Shown in pieces: positions 25,226 through 38,557 of a stretch of 64,000 nucleotides of DNA; positions within the stretch are counted from its first letter, which is position 1, and every line of letters starts with the position of its first letter. The notes below the pieces were generated by a model. It saw nothing but the letters and a program-made list of their open reading frames with translations. It had not been told where the DNA came from and made no database searches. This DNA is from Hypanus sabinus (lineage: Eukaryota). The stretch is from NCBI RefSeq assembly GCF_030144855.1, contig NW_026781270.1, positions 310,001 to 374,000 of the forward strand. Direction: 5' to 3'. The translations under genes and the position numbers were made by a program.

Positions 25226-26101
25226 CAAGAGCCTGAAATAACCGAAAAATTCACTGTAAGTTCATTGAACAGATGTGCGGACCAACCATTCATGTCAGCA
25301 GGAAATTTTTATAAGGCTTTAAAACTGTGGCACTTTAAGTTAATAATACATAAAAGAAAATCCCAGCTGCATGTCAAGAAAGACTATTTGTGTGAGAATT
25401 TTTCAGTTACTGTGTGGCCAGGCACCCATGCAGCTCAACAGGAACAGGGAATAATACCAATGGAGAGAGCCAAACTGAGCCAAGGCACAAATTGGAGACC
25501 GCAGAAATGCCCCATTCCTATAGAAACAAGAAGAGCATCAGGGAATTGATGGTCATTCCAGATACCAGCACTGTGCCCAGTTAGAAGATGATTTCTCTGT
25601 CCAACTTGGGTGGAACCTCACTATAACAGTGTGATGCTGGATCAAACCTTGGCAACTCAAGTAATCTCATCTGAAGTGTTGTCCTACCCCCTTTGATGGA
25701 TTTTGTGAATCTTTTTACAGGTTAAAAATGAGAAGGAGTTTGTCTCCCGGAAGCTCAATCATGGCACACCAGTTTTGCTGTCTCTGTCTGGATATTTATG
25801 AAGTGAAGCAAGGGATTGAATCGACCATCCTTCCTGATCAGACTACGGGGCAGGATTCACTCAGTCATTTGACCAACTGGCATGCCCATCATTTTACACT
25901 GTCTTCTGCTCAGACAGTGGGAATGGATTCAGTCAGTCATCTCAACTGAAGGTACATCAGCAAGTTCACACTGGGCAAGGTCATTCACCTGTTCTTTGTG
26001 TAAGAAAGCATTTAGTCTGTCATCCCACCTGTGGACACACCAGTCAGAAGCTGGTCACCTGTAGAATTTCTGGGAAAGGATTCACTCGGTCGTCTGACCT
26101 G

Positions 26102-27559
26102 ATGGCACACCAGCGAGTTCAGACTGGGGAGCGGCCATTCACTTGCTCGGACTGTGGGATGAGTTTCACTCGGTCATCCACCCTACAGAGACACCAGCGA
26201 GTTCACACTGGGGAGAAGCCATTCACCTGCTCAGTCTGTAGGAAGGGATTCACTCAGTCATCTAACCTGAAGAGTCACCAGCGAGTTCACACTGGGGAGA
26301 AGCCATTCACCTGCTCAGAATGTGGGAAGGGATTCATCAACTCTTCCACCCTACAGAGGCACCAGTGTGTTCACACTGGAGAGAAGCCATTCACCTGCTC
26401 CATCTGTGGGAAGGGATTCAATTGGTCATCTGACCTACAGAGACACCAGAAAGTTCACACTGGGGAGAAGCCATTCACCTGCTCCATCTGTGGGAAGGGA
26501 TTCAATTGGTCATCTGACCTACAGAGACACCAGAAAGTTCACACTGGGGAGAAGCCTTTCACCTGCTCAGTCTGTGGGAAGGGATTCAGTCAGTCATTTC
26601 ACCTGCGGAGTCATCAGCGAGTTCACACTGGGGAGAAGCCATTTACCTGCTCAGAATGTGGGAAGAGATTCACTCGGTCATCTGACCTAATGGCTCACCA
26701 GCGAGTTCACACCGGGGAGCGGCCGTTTACCTGCTCGGACTGTGGGAAGGGATTCACTCGGTCATCTGACCTAATGGCTCACCAGCGAGTTCACACCGGG
26801 GAGCGGCCGTTTACCTGCTCGGACTGTGGGAAGGGATTCACGCGGTCATCTGGCCTAATGGCTCACCAGCGAGTTCATACCAGGGAGCGGCCGTTTACCT
26901 GCTCAGACTGTGGGAAGGGATTCACTTTGTCATCGAAACTAGTGAGACACCGGCGAGTTCACACTGGGGAGAAGCCGTTCACCTGTTCAGTCTGTGGGAA
27001 AGGATTCAGTCAGTCATTTCACCTGCAGAGTCATCAGCGAGTTCACACTGGGGAGAAGCCATTCACCTGCTCAGAATGTGGGAAGGGATTCACTCGGTCA
27101 TCTGACCTAATGGCTCATCAGCGAGTTCATACCGGGGAGTGGCCGTTTACCTGCTCAGACTGTGGGAAAGGATTCACTTTGTCATGGAAACTAGTGATAC
27201 ACCAGCGAGTTCACACTGGGGAGAAGCCGTTCACCTGCTCAGTCTGTGGGAAGGGATTCAATCAGTCATTTCACCTGCAGAGTCATCAGCGAGTTCACAC
27301 TGGGGAGAAGCCATTCTCCTGCTCAGAATGTGGGAAGAAGTTCACTTCGTCATCTAACCTGCAGAGTCATCAGCATGTTCACACTGGGGAGAAACCGTTC
27401 ACCTGCTCAGACTGTGGGAAGCGATTCACTTTCTCATCTAAGCTGAAGGTACATCAGGTGATTCACACTGGGGAGTGGCCATTCACCTGCTCAGTCTGTG
27501 GGAAGGGATTCACTCAGTCCTCCACCCTACAGAAACACCAGTCGGTTCACACATTCTGA
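26102..27559 (+). CDS. Tandem C2H2 zinc-finger protein ZNF-A (17 fingers, no effector domain)
   Basis: 485-aa ORF of FxCxxCGKxF...HxxxH fingers with TGEKP/TGERP linkers; terminal-exon acceptor TTTTTACAG at 25720. Confidence 0.93.
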   Translation: MAHQRVQTGERPFTCSDCGMSFTRSSTLQRHQRVHTGEKPFTCSVCRKGFTQSSNLKSHQRVHTGEKPFTCSECGKGFINSSTLQRHQCVHTGEKPFTCSICGKGFNWSSDLQRHQKVHTGEKPFTCSICGKGFNWSSDLQRHQKVHTGEKPFTCSVCGKGFSQSFHLRSHQRVHTGEKPFTCSECGKRFTRSSDLMAHQRVHTGERPFTCSDCGKGFTRSSDLMAHQRVHTGERPFTCSDCGKGFTRSSGLMAHQRVHTRERPFTCSDCGKGFTLSSKLVRHRRVHTGEKPFTCSVCGKGFSQSFHLQSHQRVHTGEKPFTCSECGKGFTRSSDLMAHQRVHTGEWPFTCSDCGKGFTLSWKLVIHQRVHTGEKPFTCSVCGKGFNQSFHLQSHQRVHTGEKPFSCSECGKKFTSSSNLQSHQHVHTGEKPFTCSDCGKRFTFSSKLKVHQVIHTGEWPFTCSVCGKGFTQSSTLQKHQSVHTF

Positions 27560-27634
27560 GCTATTCACCTGCTCAGAATGTGGGAAAGGATTCATTCAGT
27601 CATCCCAACTACTAGCACACCAGTCAGTTCACAA

Positions 27635-28458
27635 TGTTATTAATCCCTTGCTTTTGTTTGCTGTGGACATTCATTTTAAGAGAGAGAGGGATTAAGAAGG
27701 CAAATCAGTCTGGCTTGCAGCTTGTTTACATCGCTCACAGCTTGTTTTGATTTAACCGAGGACTCAGACACTCAGAGTCAGACGGAGATGAAGGAGGAAA
27801 AGTGGAAGGATCGAAACAAGGGAACTAGTGGCCAAGGGTCACTGTTTAGAGCTTTCCTATGCCCACAAGGGTGGGTTAAGTATCGATTCACCATACATTG
27901 AATGTGTGGTTGTCACCTTGTTTGATCCATAAGTGTGGATCGGATTTGGCGTATCCTGTGAAGACCACTTATGTGTTAACGCTTGGTGGGGTGTGGTGTG
28001 ATAAATCACATGAAGATGATACCCCTTGTGACAAGTCAATTTCGGTGATAATTCATATGTGGATTTGAAATGACAACGGATAAAATCTGCAGTGACTGTT
28101 CTCTTGTTTTACCACAATGAAACCTTTGGAATTCGACGTAATTGCTTTCTCTCGACATTTACCCTGGATTACAAATATCTTTCTCTCATCACCTATTCTG
28201 TGGATGAATTTAACTTCCATACTTTACCATCTCAAGACTCTAAGCCTTGTTTCCCCTGAGCTCAATAGTTTGGGAGTTATATTTACACACATATATACAC
28301 ATAACACTGTTAACTTTTGTTTATCTTACTTAATTTACTTTATTATAAGTAGATACTAATAAAGAAAATGGATTTAACATCAATACCAGATGCCAGGAAT
28401 AGTCTATTGCTGCTGGTTCATTTCTAAAGCTTTTGTTTCTAAGTTTTTGTTGGTAACA
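27635..28458 (+). mobile_element. 5' LTR of the outer Gmr1 element
   Basis: TGTTAT...GTAACA termini; AATAAA at 28358-28363. Confidence 0.9.
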
Positions 28459-28461
28459 AAA

Positions 28462-28481
28462 TTGGGGCCTGCGTCTGAGAT
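28462..28481 (+). promoter_or_regulatory. Primer-binding site, tRNA-Pro-like
   Basis: TTGGGGCCTGCGTCTGAGAT resembles TGGGGGCTCGTCCGGGAT, a few nt after the LTR. Confidence 0.7.
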
Positions 28482-30849
28482 ATGAACAAATTTGAGGGCG
28501 TGTTGATTAATTAATTATTGATTTCATTGGGGAAATCCCTTTTGATTTATTTGTGCGTGCAAAATCAGCAACAATGGATGTTGATAAATGTCTGGAAGCA
28601 CCAACTTCTGAGGCATTAGAGGACACCAGAAGGATCGTGTTGTTGTGTATTGCGAAATGGTTTAAACTTGCTAAGGTGAAATTGACAATGAGAAAGGCAC
28701 AGATGCAGAGGATTATAGCTGAACATTATGTATCTGAGGTGTGTTTAAAGTGGAGTAGTTGGAGGTGTTTCCGAAAGTAAACCGAGTGAGCTTGAGCTCC
28801 AGTACAAGTTAGAAAAATTAAAGATGGAGGCTGCGGAAAGGAAGAGGCAGTTTGAGGGTAGAGAGGCAGAAAAACAGAGGGTGTTCAAGCTGGAAAAGAT
28901 AGAGAGATTGCAGCAAAGGTGTCTCGCGTTAGACTCTGGTGATAAGTTTGAGGATGGTCTGGAAGTTAAATTGGTACCAACACTTGACAAGGCAGAGGTT
29001 GATGAATACTTTCAGCATTTTGAGAAGGTTGCTCGGAGTTTAAAGTGGCCAGAAAAGGGTTGGCCTATTCTCTTACAATGTGTAATTAAGGGGAAGGCTC
29101 AGCAAGCATATTCTGCCTTGACAGTGGATGAAGCAGCTGATCATGAATGAGTGAAACAGGCTGTGCTCAAAGCTTACGAGTTGGCCCCAAAATCATACAG
29201 GCAAAAGTTTAGAAATTCAAGGAATTCTGTGAACCAGACTTATATGGAATTTGCTTGTGAGAAGTTTGTGTTTTGACCGCTGGTGCACATATAAAAATAT
29301 AAATGATGATTTTATCAGCTTGAAAGAGTTGGTTGTAATTGAAGAATTCAAAAGGTGCATCCCTGATGACAGGAAGATGTATTTAGATGAAAAGGATGCT
29401 GCTACATTGCAGGAGTCTGCTAGATTCGCAGATGAGTTCGCTTTAACTCATCAGGTTAAGTTGACCCAGAATAAGAGTTTCCAAAAGAGTAGCAGGGATC
29501 ACCAGGGTAAACCAGAAATTAAAGCTGAGACTAGTGATAAGAGTATGGATAAAGGGAAGCAGTTGAAGGAGAAATATTCTGGTCTTACTTGTTACTATTG
29601 TAAGAAGCTGCTCATATGATAGCTAACTGTTCTATCCTGAAGAAGAAAAAGAAAAAGGAGGCAGTCCCAAATGCCTGTGTTTAGTATGTTGACGCACCTC
29701 TCAACCCACAGGGCTCTGAACATTCTGTTGAGGCTCGGTTAAGGACTGAGAAGTCTGACTGAGTTGAGAAGGGATTCGATCATTTTATGTCAGATGGGAT
29801 TGTATTGGTATTGTTACGTATTCAGGCAACAATAAATATATGAGTTCGGCAAGGGTTTTTTTTAACAAACAACACGTTTATTAAACACAGAAAACAAACC
29901 CCCCAAAAGTAAACATACACTATAGTAACCGGAAATCAACTGCAGTGCGGCAGCTCAAACAGTTCTTAAAGCAATATTGCAAAAACAGTTCTTTAAAGTG
30001 GTATTGCCAAAAGTTCGATATGCTCACAGTCCATTGAAAAGGAGAGACATTATAAGACGATTTAAATTCTCTTTCACGTCGCTTTGCTTCGATCCCCGAC
30101 GTCGAACTTTTCCCACGAAGAATCTACGAAACAGAATGGCTTAAAGGCACTGACCTTTCCTTCCACACTATCCTCAATCCTTTCTGGTAATCCCAGGGAT
30201 TAATGCGAGAATAGTCAACAAAATCCTTCCAAATAAGGATCAAACAAAGGCCGAACCGGTTTCACTGTAGAAAGCGTTTCTCCTCGATCTTTAACTCCCG
30301 AACTTCGATCTTCACTCACCACTGATTCTCAAACTAGCAGAATTGTAAAGAACCTGCTGGCAATGACCTTTTAAATTTTAGGCATTAGATAAAACTTCAT
30401 TATTCAACTAAACTGTGTCATCACATTAAATCACGCAGCAGCATGAAGTCAACTTGGCAAATCCAGCCACGAACTGCCCCTCCTCACAGGGCGGGGTCTT
30501 CCTTTTACAACCTGAAAAAAAACCTGTCACATGATCTCTACTGGCGGGAAAATGACGTCACTCCACCATCACAAGACCATTACCTCAAGTCCAGTATAGC
30601 TTCAACCCCAGTCACGTGACAAGGGTACCACTGTCATGTGTCACGAGTACGTAACACCTCCCTCCAAAAAAAAACATTTTTTGTCTGACAAGAACAATAA
30701 TGTTTAACAATTGCTTACAAGAAAAACAAAGGTATAAATTTTATAACATACACAATATACAATACCATCATATTACAGCTTATAAGTCACAATACAGTAG
30801 GAGTGTTACAATTGAAAAAAAAACACGCCATTAAAAAATTGCATTGTAC

Positions 30850-33326
30850 ATTCAACATCGAGATAGACAATCAGCAACCACATTATCTTTACCTTTAATA
30901 TGAGTTATCACAATATTGTACTCATGTAACATCAAACTCCAATTTAATAATCTTCTGTTTTTTTTTCATCTTACTCAGAAAAACTGATTATGATCAGTGT
31001 AAACAATGAGTGGTTTTTGAGTTGTACCAACATATACCTCAAAATATTCCAAAGCTAAAACAAGAGATAACAATTCTTTCTCTATTGTCGAATAGTTTCT
31101 TTGATGCTTATTAAATTTCTTAGAAAAGTAAGCTACTGGATGATCAACCTCATCATCCTCATTCCTTTGCATTAATACTGCTCCTGCAGCCTCATCACTA
31201 GCATCCACAGCCAATGAAAAAGGTTTTTCAAAGTCAGGTGCCTTAAGCACAGGTTGTTGACATATCATTGTTTTGAATTTTTCAAATGCTTCTTGACAAG
31301 GCACTGTCCACACAAACTTCACATTCTTCTGCAGAAGGTTAGTTAATGGAAGGGCAACATTGGCAAAATTCTTACAAAATTTCCGATAATATCCTACCAT
31401 TCCCAAAAATCTTCTGAGAGTTTTTTTTTCCCCGTTGGAGTCGGAATCTCTAAAATTGCCTGAACTTTTGCCTGAACAGGGGCTACCTTACCTTGACACA
31501 CAACATAACCAAGGTAAGTCACAGTGGCATGTCCAAATTCACTCTTAGCTAAATGAATAGTTAAGTTAGCTTTTGAACGCCTTTCAAACAATTTCTCCAT
31601 CGCAATAATGTGTGCTTCCCAATGATCATTTCCTGTCACTAAATCATCAATATAACCATCAGTATCTTCCAATCCCTGAATCATAGTGTTAATCATCCTC
31701 TGGAAAGTACCTGGGGCATTCTTCATCCCAAATGGAAGAACATTTTACTCCTATAACCCAGTTGGAATTACAAATGCAGAAATCTCTCTACCTCTGTCCG
31801 TTAATGGAACACACCAATACCCTTTCAATAAATCAATCTTTGTAAGGAACTTTGCTTTTCCAACTTTATCTACACAATCATCTACTCTAGGAATTGGATA
31901 TGCATCTGTTTTCCTTACAGCATTCACCTTTCTATAATATGTACAAAACCTAATACTACCATTTGGTTTTGGCACCATAACACATGGCGAACTCCAATTC
32001 AAGTTAGAATGTGTAACGATATTATTCTCTAACATATATTCAATTTCTTTCTCAGCAAGTTCACATTTTTCTATGTTCATCCTTTATGGATGTGGTTTAA
32101 TAGCTTTGGCATCTCCAACATCTACATCATGTGAAGCTATAGTAGCCCTTCTCGGAACATCTGGAAACAACTCCTTATATTTAAAAATTAAGTCCTTCAT
32201 CTGTTGTTTCTGTTCTAGCTGTAAATGTGCTAATTTCTCATCAATATTTTCCAGAATGGTTGAATTTGGTAACCTAACAGAAAGAATGTTGGATTTAGAA
32301 AGAAAGTCAGATGAATCATCTATATCATGTTCCTAGTTAAATCAAACTCATTCTCACTAACCACAACAGTCATAGTATCAGATTGTTTCTTAAAATATGG
32401 TTTTATCATATTTATATGGCAAAGTTGTGTTGACCTTCTACGATCTGGAGTTTTTATCACGTAATCCAAATCATTGATTTTAGACACAATTTCATAAGGA
32501 CCATGAAATCTAGCTTGTAAAGGATTTGTCTGCACTGGGAAAAGAACCAACACCTTATCTCCTGGCTTAAACATCCTCATCCTAGCTTCTTTATTATACC
32601 AAGTCTTCATTTTCTCCTGAGCCAACTTTAAATTTTCCTTAGCTAAGCTACAAGCTTTATGTAACCTGTCCTTAAATTTCAAAACATAGTCCAACAAATT
32701 AGTGTGTACTTCCTTACTAATCCACTGTTCTTTCAATAAAGCTAAAGGTCCTCTAACTCTATGCCCAAACACAAGTTCAAATGGACTAAAACCTAAAGAT
32801 TCTTGTACCGATTCCCTTACTGCAAATAAAAGTAAGTTTATACCCTCATCCCAGTCACTTTCATTTTCCACACAAAATGTCCTAATCATATTCTTGAGGG
32901 TAGAATGAAACCTCTCCAAGGCAACTTGCGATTCTGGATGGTATGCAGACGAAGTGATTTGCTTAGCTCCCAATTTATAAACTATCTGTTGAAACAATCC
33001 AGAAATAAAATTACTGCCTTGATCAGTTTGTATCTCTGTAGGTAATCCAAAATAAGTAAAAAAAAAATTATAAGGGCCTTTGTCACAGTTTTAGCTTTTA
33101 TATTCCTAAGTGGTACTGCCTCTGGAAACCTAGAAGAAGTACACATGATAGTCAACAAATACTGAACACCAGTTTTTGTCTTTGGTAATGGACCAGCACA
33201 ATCTACAATAACTTTAGAAAATGGTTCACCAAATGCTGGGATAGGTTGTAATGGAGCTACTGGTGTAACCTGATTTGGTTTACCCACAATTTGACAAGTG
33301 TGGCACGTTTTACAAAACATCGCCAC
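30850..33326 (-). pseudogene. pol: Gmr1 integrase, RT and RNase H, frameshifted
   Basis: CKTCHTC, IVDCAGPLP, YHPESQ..LERFH (IN); YPIPRVDD, KIDLLKGYW, YIDD (RT); VDASD..GAVL, YSTIEKELL (RH). Confidence 0.92.
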
Positions 33327-33334
33327 ATCTTTTC

Positions 33335-35408
33335 TTAGACCAGGCCAGTAAAAATTTTTAAAATCTTGTCCACAGTTTTCCTTACCCCTTGATGTCCACC
33401 TAAAGGCACACTATGAGCTAAAGTAAAAATCTCATTTCGATAAACTTTCGGGACAACTACCTGGTAAACAACATTCCAATCCTCACTTGCAGGAATTGTA
33501 GGCGATCTCCACTTCCTCATCGACACTCCTTTTTCCAAGTAATATCCTAATGGCACCTTCTCAATTTCACTATCTAGTAAAGCCTGCTCTCTTAATTTTA
33601 TAATCTCAGAGCCTCTATTCTGCTCTGCTATCATCTCCTTCCGAGACAGAGATAAATCTTCATAGTCAGACTTAATCAAAGAATCTTGTTCAAACAACGA
33701 AGGTAAGAAAGTCTCTGACACATCCTCAAAACTCGAATCCTGAGTTGAACAGTCCTGAGTAGCAACCTCATTCTGCGCATCAAGCTTTTTAGCCATAGCT
33801 CTAGTCACAACACAGGAAGAATCTGTGTTAGAATTCAACTCTGGTTCCTCTGAATCCATTGTCAAATGCACTTCAGGAAAAACTTGTCCACCTGCCAATT
33901 CATTACCTAACAATAAAGAAATACCCTTCACAGGTAAGCTATGCTGTAATCCTACTTTAACAAATCCTGTAACTAACCCTGACTTTAAATTTACTTTATG
34001 TAAATGTACAGGCATAAAATCACTCCCAACACCTCTTATGTAATTTACCTCACCAGTATCAGACTCTTCATTAAACTTCAACACACTGTCTAACATCAGT
34101 GATTGAGAAGCACCAGTATCCCTAAGGATTTTTATTGGCACCAGAGTAGATCCTTCTTTCAAGGATACAAACCCTTCAGTTATAAAATGATCATATCCCT
34201 TTCTAACTTGGTCAGAGTCTAACAAAGCCTCATTTGTGTTTATCAAACCCTGTAACTTTACAGGTGCTTCAGTATGTTCCACACAGTCATCTGGAACTGC
34301 TTCCTTCTCTTTCTTTTTCAATCTGAAACAGTTAGCTATTACATGGCCAGGCTTCTTACAATAGTTACAAATAAGACCAAACTGTCTTTCCTTCACAGGC
34401 TTTCCTTCCTCCTTACATTTCTCATTAACCTCTGATTTAATTTCTGATTTACCTTGAGACTCCATGTCATTTTTCCTCTTAAAATTTCTGCCCTGGGGAA
34501 ATTTATTCTTATGGATTAAAACATACCCATCAGCTAATCTAGCACAGTCCTGCAATTGATCAGTATCCCTCTCATTTAAGTAGGTCCTTAATCCAACAGG
34601 AATGCTTCTTTTAAATTCCTCCATTAAAATCAGCTCTGTCAATGTATCATAGTCCCCATTTAAATTTTTAGAAGAAACCCATCTCTCAAAACACATAGCT
34701 TTATCATAGGCAAATTCCACATAAGTTTTATCCACAGAATTTTTCAAACTTCTGAATCTTTCCCTATAAGCTTCTGGGACTAATTCGTAATTGTTTAGGA
34801 TATGCATCTTCACAATATCATAATCAAGTGCTTGCGCAGCAGTTAAAGATGTGTAAACTTGTTGTGCTTTACTTTTAATTACACTCTGTAACAACACGGA
34901 CCATTTATCTTTCGGCCACTCCGACATCTGAGCAATAGTTTCAACATGTTGAAAATATCTTTCCACTTCTGTTTCACTAAATGGAGGGACCAATTTAATT
35001 TCTTGACTAGCAACAAACGGTTTCCTTGAACCAGAGGACTGATTCCCAGAACTTACTTCCTCCATTGCATATTCAAATGCTCTCTTCTTTTGATCCGTCT
35101 CCAATTTACAACGCTCCAAATCAGCTTTACTTAGTTCCAACCTCATTTGTTCGAATTGCAACTGCCTCCAGATTACTAATTTGTAACTACTCTAAAACCG
35201 AATCATCAAAAACACCCGAATCCACATAGTGTGACGAGCCTTTCCTCTGTATCACAGCCTTTGAAGTAGTCGACAAAATACCTTTAAGTTGCAATCTACG
35301 AGCTATCTCAAACACCTCAGTTTTTTCCGCCTTCGCCAACAACTGCGCATCTGGCGAAGCCAGAAACTCATCAATATTCATCGGTGCTGAATACCACTCA
35401 CAAGCCAA
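33335..35408 (-). CDS. gag: Gmr1 gag (SCAN-like capsid, CCHC knuckle) plus protease; one stop near 35178
   Basis: YELVPEAYRERFR...LILMEEFKRSIP..LRTYLNER; CNYCKKPGHVIANC; LRDTGASQSL. Confidence 0.88.
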
Positions 35409-38400
35409 TCAAAGAAAAGAATCGAGTATTCCCCTTTTCCAAAACACCAAGTCAAAAGTTAGCAAGCATATGAACTCAAACGATCCAATCCGGACGCAGA
35501 CCCCATAGTTATGTTACATATCCAGGCAATAATAAATATATGAGTTCGGCAAGGGTTTCTATTCACGTTTATTCACGGCAAGGGTTTCTATTCACGTTTA
35601 TTAAACACAGAAAACAAACCCTCCCAAAAGTAAACAAACAGTAACGTAACCGGAAATCAACTGCAGTGTGGCAGCTCAAACAGTTCTTAAAGCGATATTG
35701 CAAAAACAGTTCTTTAAAGTGGTATTGCCAAAAGTTCGATATGCTCACAGTCCATTTAAAAGGAGATACTTTATAAGACGATTTAAATTCTCTTTCACGT
35801 CGCTTTGCTTCGATCCCCGACTTCGAACTTTTCCCACGAAGAATCTACGAAACAGAACGGCTTAAAGGCACTGACCTTTCCTTCCACACTATCCTCAATC
35901 CTTTCTGGTATTCCCAGGGATTAACGTGAGAATAGTCAACGAAATCCTTCCAAATAAGGATCAAACAAAGGCCGAACCGGTTTCACCATAGAAAGCGATT
36001 CTTCTCGATCTGTAACCCTTGAACTTCGATCTTCACTCTCCACTGATTCTCAAACTAGCAGATTTGTAAAGATCCTGCTGGCAATGACCTTTTAAACTTT
36101 AGGCATTAGATGAAACTTCATTATTCAACTAAACTGCGTCATCACATTAAATCACGCAGCGGCATGAAGTCAACTTGGCAAATCCAGCCACGAACTGCCC
36201 CTCCTCACAGGGTGGTGTCTTCCTTTTATAACCTGAAAAAACCCTGTCACATGATCTCTACTGGCGGGAAAATGACATCACTCCACCATCACAAGACCAT
36301 TACCTCAAGTCCAGTATAGCTTCAAACACAGTCACGTGACAAGGGTACCACTGTCATGTGTCACGAGTACGTAACAGTATAGGAAGGGTCTACCCCAATA
36401 CCAGTAAAAATTCTTTGAGATACTGGGGCTTCTCAGTCACTTATATTAGACAGTGTTCTAAAGTTTGGTGATGAGGCTAACACGGTGAGATAAATCTTAT
36501 TAAAGACATTGGGAGCGGCATTTTATTAAAGGCATTGGGGCTTCTGTGCCATTGCACAAGGTAACTTTACAATCAGGACTGGTTTCCAGACCTATTAAGA
36601 TTGGATTATGCTCGAGTTTACCAGTGAAAAATGTCACTTTGCTGTTAGGGAATGACCTGGCAGATGGTAAAGTTGTTGCTGCAGTGCAGCTGACAACTAA
36701 GCCAACCACTGATGACCCACAGATGGATTTTAACATTTATCCTTCCTGTGAAGTATCTCCAAGTATGGCTAAAAAGTCTGCTGGTGCAGACAGTTCTGTG
36801 CAGCATGATTCTGATACCCATGATAGCCAAAATTGGGATTCAGGTTATGCTGACTTGTCAGGAACTTCTCTGCCTTCATTGTTTCAATGAAGGATTCAGG
36901 TAGTAAGTCTGATGAGAAAGATTCATCCCTGTCTAGGAAGGAATTTATAGCAGAACAGAACCGAGACCCTGAGATTGAAGTTTTAAAAGAAACTGCTCTC
37001 TCAGATGATGAGATTAAGAAAATGCAAGTGGGGTATTATCTCAAGGATGGATTGTTAATCAGCAAGTGGTTCCACCTGCTATACCTGCGAGTGAGGAACG
37101 GACAGCTGTTCACCAAGTTGTAGTTCCTAAAGTTTATTGGATAGAAATTTTAACTTTGGCCCACAGTATGCCCTTAGGTGGCCATTTTGCAGTGAATAAA
37201 ACTGTAAACAGGATTATGAAGGAATTTTACCGCCTAATTTGAGGAAAGGTGTTGTGACCTTTTGCAGAATCTATCACACTTGTCAAGTTGTGGGTAAACC
37301 TAATCAGGTCATACCAGTTGCCCCACTCCGGCCTGTACCTGCATTCAGTGAACCCTTCAGTGAATACTATTGGTGAACAGTGGATTTTCTTTGCCCATTG
37401 CCTAAGACGGAAGTTGGCCATCGGTATTTGCTAACTATTATGAGTACCTCATCCAGATTCCCAGAGGCAATATCTCTCAGAAATATTAAAGCTAAAATGT
37501 GACGAAGGCTCTTACCAAGATTTTTACTCTGTTTGGTTTGCCCAAAGCAATCCAGTCTGATCAAGGAAGTAATTTTACATCTGGTTTATTCCAGCAGATG
37601 GGTTATGAACTAAATGAATTACATCATCTGCATACCATCCGGAATCACAAGGGGCTTTAGATAGATTTCATTCTACCCTCAAAACAATGAAGAAGAGATA
37701 CTGTGATGAAAATGGAAAATACTGGAATGAAGGAATATTTCTTTTTTGTTCACAGTAAGAGAGTCGGTACAGGAATCACTGGGCTTTAGTCCATTTGAAC
37801 TTGTATTTGGTCACAGCGTGAGGGGACCTTTGACCTTGTTAAAGGAACAGTGGATAGATGGGATGTACATCTTAACTTCTTAGACTATGTTTTGAAGTTC
37901 AAAAATAAACTACACCGGTCCTGTAGCCTAGTAAGACAAAGTTTATAGATTTCTCAAAACAAAATGAAGTTTTGGTTTAATAAGCAGGCCTGTGAAAGAA
38001 AATACTAGGTGGGGGTCAACATGCTTGCTTTATTTCCAATGTGGGTGAATCCACTTAAGGCGAAACTCAAAGGACTGCATGAAATAATCTCTCGTTAACT
38101 ATGTGAATTATGTTATTAAAAGACCAGACCAATGTAAATTAACACAGGTGGTACACATAAATTAGATAAAGCCTTATGTTGACAAGCAGGCACCATCTGT
38201 GAGTGTTGTCAAAACATTTGAATCTGGCAACCCTGAGAATGAAACAGTTGACTCGGCTGAGACTTTTCAGAAGCCAAACATGGTCCCAGTTAGGCTAATG
38301 AACTCGGTTGTTCAAGAAAACTTTGATAACAAGTTGGCTCATTTGCAGCCATAGCAACAACAACAGCTGAAGAAATTAATTCTGAGGTTTAAATGTTTAT

Positions 38401-38557
38401 TTCCCAAAGTTCCCAAGCAAACCACGGTCGCAGTACACGATGTAGACTTCGGTCTAGCCAAACCGGTTAAACAACACCCATATTGCATGAAGGTAGAAAA
38501 GTGTAAATTGGCTGAGCAAGAAATTGAAAATATGCTGAACAAAGGTATTATTCGGCC

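Larger units (their letters stand above)
29812..36376 (-). mobile_element. Near-complete Gmr1-like Gypsy element nested in the outer element
   Basis: LTRs 29812-30656 and 35512-36376; perfect GTAT TSD; PBS TGGGGTCTGCGTCCGGAT ~35488-35505; PPT 30657-30665; domain order gag-PR-IN-RT-RH. Confidence 0.97.

Noticed and set aside
26322-27446. Alternative-frame ORFs ([14 protein letters not shown]) over ZNF-A, and likewise over ZNF-B
   Set aside because: Expected shadow frames of C2H2 repeats; short and interrupted.
28462-28481. tRNA gene
   Set aside because: Only a ~20-nt primer-binding site; no cloverleaf or A/B boxes.
33335-35161. Domesticated SCAN/gag host gene
   Set aside because: Lies inside a two-LTR element with TSD, PBS and PPT, with an upstream stop; the open frame is explained by young age.
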